From Balanoglossus misakiensis (Eukaryota; Animalia; Hemichordata), in NCBI GenBank assembly GCA_040954595.2, contig CM082592.2, positions 11,230,017 to 11,294,016 on the forward strand: a stretch of DNA of 64,000 nt, read 5' to 3'. Shown one piece after another: positions 13,915 to 28,156 of the stretch (the stretch's first letter is position 1; each line of letters opens with the position of its first letter). The position numbers and the translations under genes were made by a program. The notes beneath the pieces are model-generated. The model saw only the letters and a list, made by a program, of their open reading frames with translations, did no database searches and was not told the DNA's origin.

Positions 13915-15337
13915 AGTTGTTTCAATCACCGCAATTATTCACAAGAAAGTTCTCAGTCAGAGAATATTCTCCAAAAAGTCTTCAAGACATTCAACACCTC
14001 ACTATTCCAAATCAAAACCAGCCAACTGTGCACTTCTTGTCTGTCTGATCAAAACGATGTCATTCACAAGGGGTGAAAGGTCGGATTTCTCCCATGAATC
14101 ATATCACCTGCAAACAAAACACAAGAAAACAGGGCTTTTTATCATGATGAATCCACGCATCAAAAGCATGACTTGGTCAATATGTAACTGTATACTAGTA
14201 TTTCTACTATGACATGAAGTATCGGAACAAAGGCATGGTTTTCCATCCATCTTAAACTTTGCAGCTGCCAGCCATGTAATCTGGACATCTGACACTAGTA
14301 GTGACAGAACACATCTGGTGGAAATTGTGTACATTTCTGCTGTGCTCGAGCATCTTATGCACAGCCTACCTGTTGAGCTATAATTTCTACCAAACCAGGA
14401 TTATCACTTAATGTCAAATCATTATCATATTGCCACGCTTAAACAATCAGCACTGCCAAGTCTAGCACAAGACAGGTATATGGTAATTTACTTTACATAA
14501 ACACATTATGTAACAATGGAGCTTAATTGGTCACGTTTATAATCACATGCTGTAGAAAATGCCTGTGATGTGTTTTCTCTCTCTTAAAACCACATTTATT
14601 CAGTTCATTACTATAGAAAAGAGTCTGTTCATTCGTGGCAAATACACCGCGATTTTTACCCATCACATGATGACCTCTGTTGGTCGACAGGCAATCGAAA
14701 TCGATCGTGCCCTCGACGACCGACTATGGCAATAACAGATCCACTACTAGTCGGATAACGATTCTGGCTAGATCTACGAAGGGTGAACATAATACACGTG
14801 TATTTGACATTGCCTCAAAGGAAACATAGCCATTAGACTTGCTCCAAGTCTATGGGCTGTGTAGGGAACGTGTCGGCCCATAGACTTGTACACCTTGCTG
14901 CTTTCCGGTTGCTATGAATTATTCATGTTGACGTCATTTATGAATATTCATTAGCTAATTTAAATAGTGGGCGGAGTTTCAATGATTACCTCGAGTACCC
15001 GAAAATCATATTTGGGTATCTCATAGCGAAAACGCAAACGGGTTTACTCATTTTATGTGAAATTCATTCATCAATTTTTATGGTCTGATGGCTGAAACCA
15101 TAGTTGCAGTGCAGCGACACTGTACGATGTATACGCTCAAATTACAGAGTGCGCGTGCCACACAAACAGACGTTGACATCACAGGTCGCGCCGTACTTGA
15201 CTTACGAACGTGGGTTCTACGCGTTCACGTTATATCACATCTCTTTATTCTCATTGGCGCACGGGATCGACGCCCCTGTCAATCATTCTCGACTATGTCA
15301 ACAAACGACCTGAGCGTTTGTAGATTTTGCAAGGTGT

Positions 15338-15520
15338 ACTAGTCGCTTGGTCGACGCTACCCGAAACCACAAGCTCAGTCGCAAATTCGAAACTCGCCTC
15401 ACTACCAAAAACACGCTTAAGGCAAGCATGCATGCAAAAAGTATTGAAATTATTTATTAAGACAAAAAACCACCGAAAACACAAAAAGTATTGAGATTTA
15501 AAAATCACCAAGCGACTAGT
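15338..15520. mobile_element. Candidate MITE with 14-bp perfect terminal inverted repeats
   Basis: actagtcgcttggt (15338-15351) is the exact reverse complement of accaagcgactagt (15507-15520). Confidence 0.5.
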
Positions 15521-16832
15521 GGGCTAGCCTACATAGCCATCTACCACTATATGTAACGCTGGACCGGAAGATCTCAAAACGAGGGAACGTCCGTCCGTTT
15601 CACGGATGTATGTACTGTTTCCCAGGACACTAAACTACACGTTCAACACTGGTATCGCTTGACAAAAACAAGATCATTTCGGTGTATTTACCTCTTGAAG
15701 TTATATTGGCAGGCTCCAACGAATCATGAACAGACAGGGTGTCGACAAATTTGACGTCCAGTCAATTCCGATTATCTCAAAAAAGAATCTCTACTATGCA
15801 TGTACTGCAATATCCTCACCATATTTGACCGAACATCGACCTATTTGAGGCCGTCCAAGTGAGTGCAGAACAGACATTTTGGGACCCCTAAGTATACGAA
15901 ATATATGTTGGTTAGAAATAAATGGTTATAACATGATAAATTATTTTCGTGGTGGACATAGACAAACTATAGGTGACCTCTATGCTGCAGGGTTTCGTGA
16001 TTAATAAAAAAAAGTTAGAATGGTTAGCGTGACAGGACAAGTGAAGTCCAAGGTCTTGATTGATCTTCATAACACCAGAGGGCGCTCTCGCGGTGTCGTA
16101 TGTAAACAACGAAATTGACCAGTGTTGTTGTTTGCAATGATCTAAATTTAGGGTCACGCATGCATGTAGCGTGTGAAATGATCGTGATACAGATAACCGA
16201 ACCCGTGTCAATTCATGACCATAAAAATGACATACTACACAAAGGAGTAATGCAACCACAACATAGTTGTATAATTTAATGTGTGTATATTTTCTACATT
16301 GTCATGCACACAGTGTTGACAGAAATGCTAATGTGATTTACACTGAACTCGCTTACATCTAAGATACAGTTAATTTCAACAAACTGACACAAATACACCT
16401 AAATAGTTAAAAACATTCCATCTTAGTATGCTGCCAGGTATATAGCGATATTATCAATCATTCCTGTAAATTCTTGCAGCAATAGTCGGTATAATACAAG
16501 AGCTTTATGTTAGAAGGTAATGTGTCTGGCAGTGTTGCATTTATTTCAACAAAAACCAACAGAGAGCAATAAATAGCCACTTGGTGATTCTTAACATTGT
16601 TGCATAGTAGAAAGTGGGAGTAAAATCACAGATAAAACATGTATTCAAATTTACAACAGCAGCATTTGCAATCATACTCAGCTGCTCAATGTAGGTGAGG
16701 TAACAGTGGCATAAAATTTTGAGGAATCTGATGGACGTATCTTCAAACAAGGACTCTTGAAGTTTTTTGAGATGTTGCATATAAATTCTGTACATCTTGG
16801 ACAGCGTTCTTTGGTAACAGACCAGTTTATAA

Positions 16833-16910
16833 TAACCCTTTCAACCCCAGTTCCTCTTTAGAGGTCCAATCTTACTATAGAATACAATGGGTATGGGCTA
16901 AACCCAGGTA
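16833..16910. mobile_element. MITE family A copy (truncated) just downstream of the KMT5A stop codon
   Basis: taaccctttcaaccccagttcctctttagaggtccaatcttactatagaatacaatgggtatggg aligns to 2716-2790. Confidence 0.6.
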
Positions 16911-16915
16911 TCAGC

Positions 16916-19002
16916 TCATGACGAAAGCCAAGGATGTGCATCAAGTGAGGTTTTACTTCTGTCACCATAATCATAAAGCAGTTCCTCATCAGCTTTGATG
17001 TTATGCTTTGCAACTAATATCAAGTATGGTTTGTCGTTGATTGCAATTTTCCTCGTCACACAGTTAGCTCCTGTTCTGCTATGGTTGATAAGTCTCCCGA
17101 GACGTCCAGATTCTGCTGTGGCATCAATGCTGTGATTAAAACAAACATAGTGATGAAATTTAATAGGGTTAATCGAGTTTTCATAGTATGTGAGCATCAA
17201 GGAACCCAATAATAATTTGATACCATACTCCTCTCACAAACCTACCCCCTCTTCAACCATAGGAACAAAATTTCATGTAAAGATACAGCTATGGTTCTGT
17301 ACATGCACACTACATATCTCATCATTAACAAATGGAAATCTTACCAGTAGGTTTTGTTATTGAAGGAAAAGTAATAGATGTAGCATCCAACTTCTGGACT
17401 TGCAGCATATTCCTCTTCTCTCTTCTTGGCTGTTTGTAGATCTATCAAATCACCAGCATATTCAACGATAAACTCTCCTTTCGTGAAATTTCTTGTAGCT
17501 ACAACACCTCTTCCCTTCTCTCCGAATTCTCTGACCTGTAAAAATTGTAATATATTATATAGTACAGGTATATACAGAATACAAAGTTAACAGATTTTTC
17601 CATTTAGAAAATCAGGTGTTACGTCTATTTGACTCACCATTAAACCTTCTTCGTTTTGTGATAAAACAGCCTCTTGTAACATTTTTCGTTCTTCTGCCTG
17701 TAAGAATACAGTGATAAAGATCAAGAAACTGTTATTATAACAATAAGAACAGATGCTTTATTTTAAAACACCTCAACTCCTATCAGTGCTCACAAAAAAG
17801 TGGAAAATGAGCAATGTCTCTACCTCAATGTCTGATTTGCATTTCCTTACGCTTCTCCTGACTGGGTAGAAATCTGTCAAAGTAGTCTTCTGTGTGGGAA
17901 CAGCTTTGCTTCCTCTGCAATAGAAAAGAAAAGTGTTGTTGGAACCATGCAATATTCTTGAATCTTCTTCCTAATATTGTAATTGCTTGACTGAAAAATG
18001 GCAAGTAAAAATGATGATGAAGATGATGATGCTTGTGTAAGATTTACCTTTTGCTTCCTGAAGCTGATTTTGGTTTTGCTGCTTTGGGTTGTTTTCCTTT
18101 ACCAGTTGTCTTGCCTTTTGATTTTGTGCTTCTTGATTGGTCTTTTGGTTTGGCATCTTCTTCATCTTTCTCTTCTTTGTCCGTGTTCTTTTCTTGTTGT
18201 AACACTTGTACTTCTGCAGGGCCTGTAAAACATTGATGATTCAAAGGTTATACCAAGATACAATGTCATGCATAGGTGGAATGGACAACACCTCTGTACA
18301 ATAGAAATCAAACACAATACCGTAGCAATTTAAATACGGTCAGGGATAAATGCAAGTTCACAAAATGAACAGTGAATTATTTTGGTTCCTAGTACATGCA
18401 GTACCTTTAGCTGTTGTTTCTGTAGTCTTCTCATCTTCACTGCCTGGTATGGATTCCTTATTGTCACTTTCACTTTTCTGTTGCCTGTCCATTGCTTCAG
18501 ACTGGTTGCCATGGTTGCCATGGGTTCCTCTGTGTTGCCTGGTCCGAGGACTTTTCGAGAAAAATTTGGTGATTTTGGATGCTTTGACAGGTGATTGCAT
18601 ACTTTCAGCAGCTTCCTGTATATAAAATTCAAATATACACAGTAAGAAGTTAGAACATACACTAAATATTCAATAAATATTTGGAAGTAGCACCAGAATA
18701 ATAACTTGCGCCCAAATGCAAAACAAGACAAACTACGACATCTTACCTTTGAAGTAGAAGGTTTTATTAAACACATTTCGTCTACCTTCGATTTAGGATC
18801 GCTAACCAGGGGATCCTTTTCTGCAAGAAATCAATTTGAATTCATTTATACGTGAATGGCTTCACAGGTCACTGTGAACTTGGGTCGCCCGGAACATGGA
18901 GCTCCAACAAAGTAACATCGGCGCGAACAGACCAGTAACATATTGAAGTTTTTATATTGTATTATACAAGACACAGAAGACAAGATGCATACCTCCAGCC
19001 AT
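16916..19002 (-). CDS. KMT5A: Histone H4K20 monomethyltransferase KMT5A/SETD8/PR-Set7; exons 19002-18993, 18820-18786, 18615-18405, 18222-18048, 17914-17824, 17697-17638, 17535-17345, 17129-16916
   Basis: SET domain motifs KGRGVVATRNFTKGEFIVEYAGDLID, GCYIYYFSF, IDATAESGRLGRLINHS and ELLYDYGDRSKTSLDAHPWL. PIP degron LTDFYPVRRS present. Exon phases are consistent. Confidence 0.95.
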
Positions 19003-19699
19003 TATTTACCACGTCTTCTTTAAAAACTTCGAATAGTGCTGGAAAAATCGCAAACACAAAGCAAAAGTTTACAAAACAGACACCGGGCGATGGATGACCT
19101 GTGCACTGTGCGTCCTATGGGTTTTAAAAATAGCTTTCTTGTTACTGATTGGTTGACAGCTTAATTTAATGCCACTATTTGTAAACGTTTCGGTGATTGG
19201 CTATATACTCTGAATAGAAGTAAAATGTATGTTGATTGGTTTATGCTTGGGTCAAAGGTTAGCAACTTTCCCCACTTGAGTTGTGATTACATTCTCCTTG
19301 TCCTCTCACGTAAAAAAAAAAATTGAGAGCATACAGACTACGTTCAAAAGTGACGTAGTTCTTTGGGTAGAGTTCCAAGCGCAGTGCTGCATACACTGTG
19401 TGAGTTGTCTAACTGTGATTTCATATGAGTATGAGTCACTGTTGCATGTTGTGGCTAGCCCGAGGTCCAGGTCTAGGTCTTCAGGTGGGTGTGTCATTAT
19501 ATTGATCAGCTGTCACGACGTCAGTTTCCGGAGTCATGTGATGAAACCTACGCATTGGAAACTACGGCAGTTATCGGGATTTTTGTTGCTGAAAAGTGGC
19601 TATCCATAGAAGGGAAGAATTACGTAAACGTTCAGACATGATCATGAGAGGCTCGTCATGATACGAGTGTTTACCACTGGCAAATCGAATTTGTGAAAC
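19003..19699. promoter_or_regulatory. Divergent (head-to-head) promoter of KMT5A and RILPL
   Basis: About 700 bp between the two ATGs. ATTGG (CCAAT) at 19148, 19196 and 19235, TTTAAA at 19123, and a CRE/ETS/M-box-like cluster tcacgacgtcagtttccggagtcatgtga at about 19513-19541. Confidence 0.65.
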
Positions 19700-22600
19700 A
19701 TGGCGGAGTGTACAGTGGTAGAAGTCTACGAGATTGCTGCCTCCATTGGCAAGGATCTCGAGAAACTGATACAGACATTTGGCGGTGAAGCCGTCGCTGA
19801 GCTGATGCCTAAAATTATCCTCAGTCTTGAGAAGCTAGAAGCTGCAACGAAGAAAAGCGAAAAGCATGATGCTGTAGTTGAAGATCTCACCATAAAACTT
19901 GAAACAGTTGAAAAACAATTGCTGTTGAGCCAAGAGGAACTACTTCGATCATCAAAGGTAATGCCCTTTGATTTATAGAGATCAAAGTTTATTGTTTGAA
20001 AGGTTTATTGCGTGATCACTGTTTTCACCTGTCCAATGTCACCTTTGTTCACAATATGAAAATAATAAATTAATTAATCATATAAACAAGCAAATGAGAT
20101 TTGATGTTCAATTCTTTTAAAGTTTATAACTACCAATTTAGTAATTACCATAGTAACGGGTTGATTGTTTTTGTCTCGGAACAGGAATGGCATGAAAACG
20201 AAGAGACATGGAGAGACGAAGCCAAAGACTTGTTGCAGATGATTTCTTCACTTCAGAAAAATAATGAAGACTTGAAAAGGAAAGTAACTGACCAGGCTGG
20301 AGTGGTCAGTCATGAAATGGGTCAGTTTCCATCCACTTTGTTATTGTACCCTGTATTATAGACTATGTAAAGCTTAATCTAAAATAATTGCCAGTATCTT
20401 TCAAATTAGTTTAAATAATTACATTTTGATCAGAATAATAAATAATTAAGTAATAAATGCAAGGTTGTTTTTCAGGGTATTTTGTGTGGATATGCTGGCC
20501 CCATGCTGGTATGTCTGGCAGTATGCCCGGATTCATAATCTGCAGTTTCAATCGCTCTGAATACAATAGAATAATGAAGCAATAAGCTGAAAATACCAGC
20601 AATAAAGATTGAATGAAAAAGTCAACATGCCTACGATAGATGGACATTAATTAACCCTTTCATGACCATGGTTCAGTCCAAACCCATTGTTTTCTGTGGC
20701 AAGGTTACAAATCTGAGTGGAGGAACAGATTACGAGTGAGGACAGCTGGTTCATAATTGACCTATTTTATCAACATAATGTGTATGTGTGTTGCGTATGT
20801 CAGATAGTGAGTATAGAAGACCAGATTGACCATTCAATGCCCCAAAACTTATTCTGAACTTTGGCACAGATTGACTTGTATCCAGTTTAAGCTACATAGA
20901 GACAATTTGATTGAAATGAACTGTCACTGTCATGGTTTGTCCAACCTGATTGTTGTAAATGGCAATGTTACCAGTGATTATAACATGCAAATTATAACCT
21001 AGATATTGAGGGGTACAATGTATTTGAAATTTATCATTTTAGCTCGGGCAGAAGAGGATCACAAAGTGATGTACAAACTGAAAGAGGCAGTTGATCGACA
21101 ACGAGATGAAATAAGAGCCAAGGACAAAGAACTGAGGCAAAAAGCATTAGATATTGAAGCAGTAAGTTTGTGATATTTTTGTTATTAAATCATGATAGAA
21201 ATGTAAGCATTTTGAAGAGAAAATCTGGTATGAATATGTCTGGTTTGTTTCCAAGGCTATAGTATGTGCATCCTGGAGATACCATTTTACAAACATGGCT
21301 CTTTTCTTTCTCACTTCCTGTCTGAATAGCTTCAGTTGCAAATAGAACGTTTAGCCAGACTGAATATGAATCTACGACGGAAACAAGCCCTGGTCCAACA
21401 CCAGGCCACAAATCTAATCGATGAGAAGGTGGAACTGGAAGCTAGAATGCAGGCTTTGCAACAAGATATTGAACAACAGGACATAGAAGACAGTGTTATG
21501 CAACAGGCAAGTAGTGATGGAAACCCTTTTACTTCCACAATTTGTTATATAAAACTCACTGGTTGCAATCATGGATGGATGAACATGCCCACTTTAAAAT
21601 GGGGGTGACAGATGGGTACCTATCAGGTTCTATTCTGACAGTTTTTTCGCTTTTATTCTTTTTCTGCAGCAAGGAACTGAGACTGGACCTGTACAGTTTG
21701 ACCCACCGATCAACATGGAAGGCAAGATGATTATTGATTTGAAAGACCCAAACAGGCCAAGATTTACAAAAGAGGAACTGAAACTGGTGCTAAGAGAGAG
21801 AATTGAACTAAAGACGCAAGTGTTTGAAATGGAGGAACAGTTATCTCGCTATAAGTAAGTTCCATCTTTGAATTCTCTATCAGTTTATCAAGTGCATGAT
21901 GGACACATGAACCATTGTGGCTGCAGTGGGGTTTTTTTTGGCATCAGTAGGTGTAAAAATCCTATATGAATATTTTGACAGGTCTGATGAACACAAAGAG
22001 GAAGACACTGTGGATAATTCCTCAGTCAAAGATAACAAATCAGAAGCGGAAAAGGCAGTGAATCAGGAATCAGGAATTAGGAAACTGTAAGTTAATCTGC
22101 AGTATTACTAATAGACTTCAATGCGTCATTATTTTGTGTTCTCAAAATTCTGTGGTGTGTTTTTGATGATGTAAATAAATAACGATGGAAAAACTGTGTT
22201 CGTATGTCATTATAACATCTCCCATGTCACTTCTCTCCTCACATTTTTTTAACAGGTTCAAAATATTTTCAAGAAGGGATGATAAAAAGGAGAATAAATC
22301 CAAAGAAAAGGGGAAAGAAAAACATAAACAAAAAGAAAATGAAAATGGATCAGCAGATTCACTGAAAACTAAATCAGGGCCTCAGAGTTCGGTTGTCGAA
22401 TCTAGCAGTGAGGTTTCAGTAGAAACGAAATCAGAACTGCAGAGTTCTGATGTAGAATCCAGCAGTGAGAGAGAGGGTTCAAGCCCAGAGAATGTAGGTG
22501 ATCAAGAAGGCAAAGTGGAGTTTGTAGCGGCCGACACAAATGAAGTGTCAGGTGGTCACACAGTTTGGTACGATGACAAGTCAGGACAGAGGAATGGCGG

Positions 22601-22742
22601 TCCATGTTCCCATGACGACATGTTACAACCCATCGAGGAGATGGAGGAGGAATGTGACAGCTCATCGTTGACATCATCAACATCCTCTGATGACTGGAGA
22701 AAATCCAGACTCCATGAAAGCTACAAAAGTCGGATCATATGA
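19700..22742 (+). CDS. RILPL1: RILP-like protein (RH1, coiled coil, RH2); exons 19700-19957, 20185-20320, 21043-21161, 21330-21506, 21670-21854, 21982-22086, 22256-22742
   Basis: RH1 motif VYEIAASIGKDLEKLIQTFGGEAVAELMPKIILSLEKLE, then VMYKLKEAVDRQRDEIRAKDKEL, RH2 motif IIDLKDPNRPRFTKEELKLVLRERIELK, and QESGIRKLFKIF. Confidence 0.92.
20650..20706. mobile_element. MITE family A partial copy in RILPL intron 2
   Basis: ttaaccctttcatgaccatggttcagtccaaacccattgttttc matches the reverse complement of the right half of 2716-2804 and is preceded by TTAA. Confidence 0.55.
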
Positions 22743-24593
22743 TAGTCACGTGGTAGTCACATGATTGTTGTGATAGCCAAACAGAGCGCATTTCTGTCAA
22801 CTTAGCAAATGTGAACTGCCAAATCAAGTTGTTTGGCAAATTTAGGTTATAAGTGTACAGAATGATATTTCAATAATCAGACTCCAAGCGAGATAAACAG
22901 GTATGCAGGTTTTTAAATTTTTCTAGAAAACTTGGATCAGTCTTTTTAAATATCTTTTTTATGCAAATGTCAGTATTAAGATTGACATAGGTCACAAAGA
23001 ATCAGTGAAACTGTGATTACTGGAACCGTAGTTAAGATATTAACTACTAAATGTACTTGTATGAATTTTATCTCCTATTTTGTTGTAAATAGATTTTGGT
23101 GTAACTATAATTCTTCCTTATAAGTTTATCAATTTATTTCATAGTTTATTTTTTACAAATGTATTCGAAGCCATTTGGCTATAAGCCTTTTATCATTGTA
23201 TAATTGACATTTAATAGAGAAATATGCAATTTATAATTTTTAAGAAACTTCCATGTATCCATTTACATAGAGGCAAAATGTACTTTAGCACAACATTTTG
23301 ATGTTTTATATTTTAGTTTTCATAAAATTACAATTGTTTTTAGCTTGTTGTGCAGCTAGCTTTGTCATTTTTCAGAAATTTCTAGAATTCATTTGTCAAC
23401 AATAATTGTCAACCATGCTTTCATCAATGTAACTGTATGCTTGTTTCTCGGTACTTGAAAGAAGACTTAACCAATATGATGAAAAGAAAATTCTTTATTT
23501 CAATCAAGGAGAAAGTTGTCAAACAGGATATGTCAGATAAAAATGTCATACTGGTGTCTAAGGTCACTGCTGTAAATTCTTCTTGAAGAACACTGTTCTG
23601 CTCATCATTTCACAGCTATTATCTCTGAGAGAACGAGGTTCAGTGAACTATAAAAGTGACTGCCTGTGGCAGAATCAAAAATGTCATCAATTTTACTGAA
23701 ATGACAAATGTATACGCATTTAACCAAGCAGAGAATGACATTTTTCTGATCTACATGTACAAATCAGGATCATTTTAAATCATGTTATCCAGAACAGAAA
23801 GTTCGACTATGCTGCATGCTATTATTTGTAGTATTTGTCCGAGTCTGACGTCACTGGAAATAATTGTTGATGTTACTTACTCAAGTCTACAAACTGATAA
23901 GAAATGACTGATTGGATACAATTTCTCAATATTAAAATCTTGACGTTAAAAAATCAGTTGATTATATTCAAATTCATTGGGCAAAATACATAGTTCTTGT
24001 ATGGAGGTTCTTGCCTGTGTGAAAAAAAAATGCTGGCATGGTGCCACTTGAAACTATCTGTATTCAATAATAATGACTTTGCATCCAAGTCTACTTGCAG
24101 ATAAACGCTTACTAAGACTTCCAACTGCTAGAAAAGTTTTTTCTTTATGTAAAGGCAGAGATTATCAATTATAGGCCCTGTTCCTAAACTCTCAAATCTG
24201 TCATCAAATTTAGTAACTGTGCACTTGGTAACCAACTGTTGATTCCAAATGGTTTTTTTTATGGAAGAAACAATTACACATGTAACTTCTTGTGCAAACG
24301 TTAGCACTAATCTTCACGAAGTGTCAGTGCTCTTGTCTTTCTTGTGGGAATGTCATAATTTAAACATAACCTTCAAATAAGGGGATACCATCATGTTTCA
24401 GCTTGACTGGCATTTTGCGACAACAAAATAAAATGCACAGAAATTCAGTCAGAGTGGAGACAAGATGCAAAACATGACTTTTACAGATTTTTGACTGAAT
24501 TTTTGTGCATTTAGTATTTTTTGCTGACCCAACTAATACTTCCCTTGGTCGCTTTACAAAATTAAATACAACACACACTCTAAAACGGAAGTC

Positions 24594-26911
<2,318 letters not shown>

Positions 26912-27482
26912 CTTGTCTCCGGAAATTAAAGAAATCTACCAAAGTTTCCTATTTTCAGAAGGGTAAGGAGAAGTTGAACTCTGCCACGTCGACTGTACTT
27001 GACATGCGCAGAGAGTAACCTCGACCAGAACTAAAATTGAAAGGGAAGTGTATATTTTAAAGAAAAAAGCGGTAGTCTTAATGAAAAGTATTAATAGGAA
27101 CAAGATTACCCACAAGAGAGGAAAATGAGAGAAAGCCGACATACTTCATCAATCATGACTGAATGTACATTATCGGATAATATTATTTTAACTTTTTGAA
27201 AATTATTTTGTACCTAGTACGAGCCTGCAATGGTATGGCGGCGATTTCCATGAAAGGAGGGCTACCGTAAGTCTCTCCCAAAACGTTGTGTTTACATGCA
27301 CATAGGAAAGTGTTGAAAGCAAACATCAACAAGATTTGCTAAATAAGGATACGAACTCTCTAATAAGACAGTGGAAAGCGGGTGCAACTAGCCGAAGTCG
27401 CTTTTGACACATCTTTTGTCTATGCGCTTGGGCAATCGTCACAGTGTACTGTAGCTCGCCGTAAACTTCCTAGACCAGTCAG
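26912..27482. promoter_or_regulatory. Divergent promoter of TMED2 and SBNO, including a probable non-coding first exon of SBNO (donor ag|gtaagt at 27483)
   Basis: Head-to-head genes, a CpG-richer stretch, a GACGTGGC (UPRE/XBP1-type core) on the minus strand at 26983-26990, and a strong splice donor at 27483. Confidence 0.55.
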
Positions 27483-28156
27483 GTAAGTACATACTTAATC
27501 GTGTGGCACGTGCATTCAAATGTCCGAAGAACACTTTTTACATTGTAAAGTGATTGTTCATTTTATTCGTTGAACACTTTGAACATGCTCTTGTGATAAG
27601 TTAACTATTTCCAACCGATTGCAGTAAATAATATTTCCCTTTTCAAATGAAACGAATTAGGAAACCCGGAAGTCGAGAGACAGTGCGTGGCCGGGTGTTG
27701 TGATTATGCGTCAGATACAAATTTGGACCTTGAAAGTCATCGTGACCCGCGCAGTAGACGGGACAGTTTCGCAACAGTCAACACCGGTTTTTGCTTATAC
27801 TGGTCAAATAGAATTCTTTCAAAAAGTTATTTTTAGACTTGGCGAAAGTGACAAATAAATAACAAAATTTTAAACATATACGGTACTAGTATTCATTACC
27901 ATGATGATGTAGCATTTTGTTGGGTGCTGGCTGTTTGCTACATTCCTGTCTGGACACCCCCTTGGAGAACCATGAAGTCAATGCAATGCCACAAGTGTTA
28001 CAAAGTGACATTGATTTATATGAACTGCACTTACATGGATGTTGGATCAGAAGGGAATATTATGTGTATTGGGAGATGCTTGTAATTCAGAGCAATATTT
28101 TGATTTATTGACTTGCCCAATTAGAAGTCAATATCTCTTCTGTATTCCCTCTACAG

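Noticed and set aside
18505-18525. Tandem RFX X-box-like sequence gttgccatggttgccatgg
   Set aside because: It lies inside a KMT5A coding exon and is explained by the HGNHGN peptide repeat.
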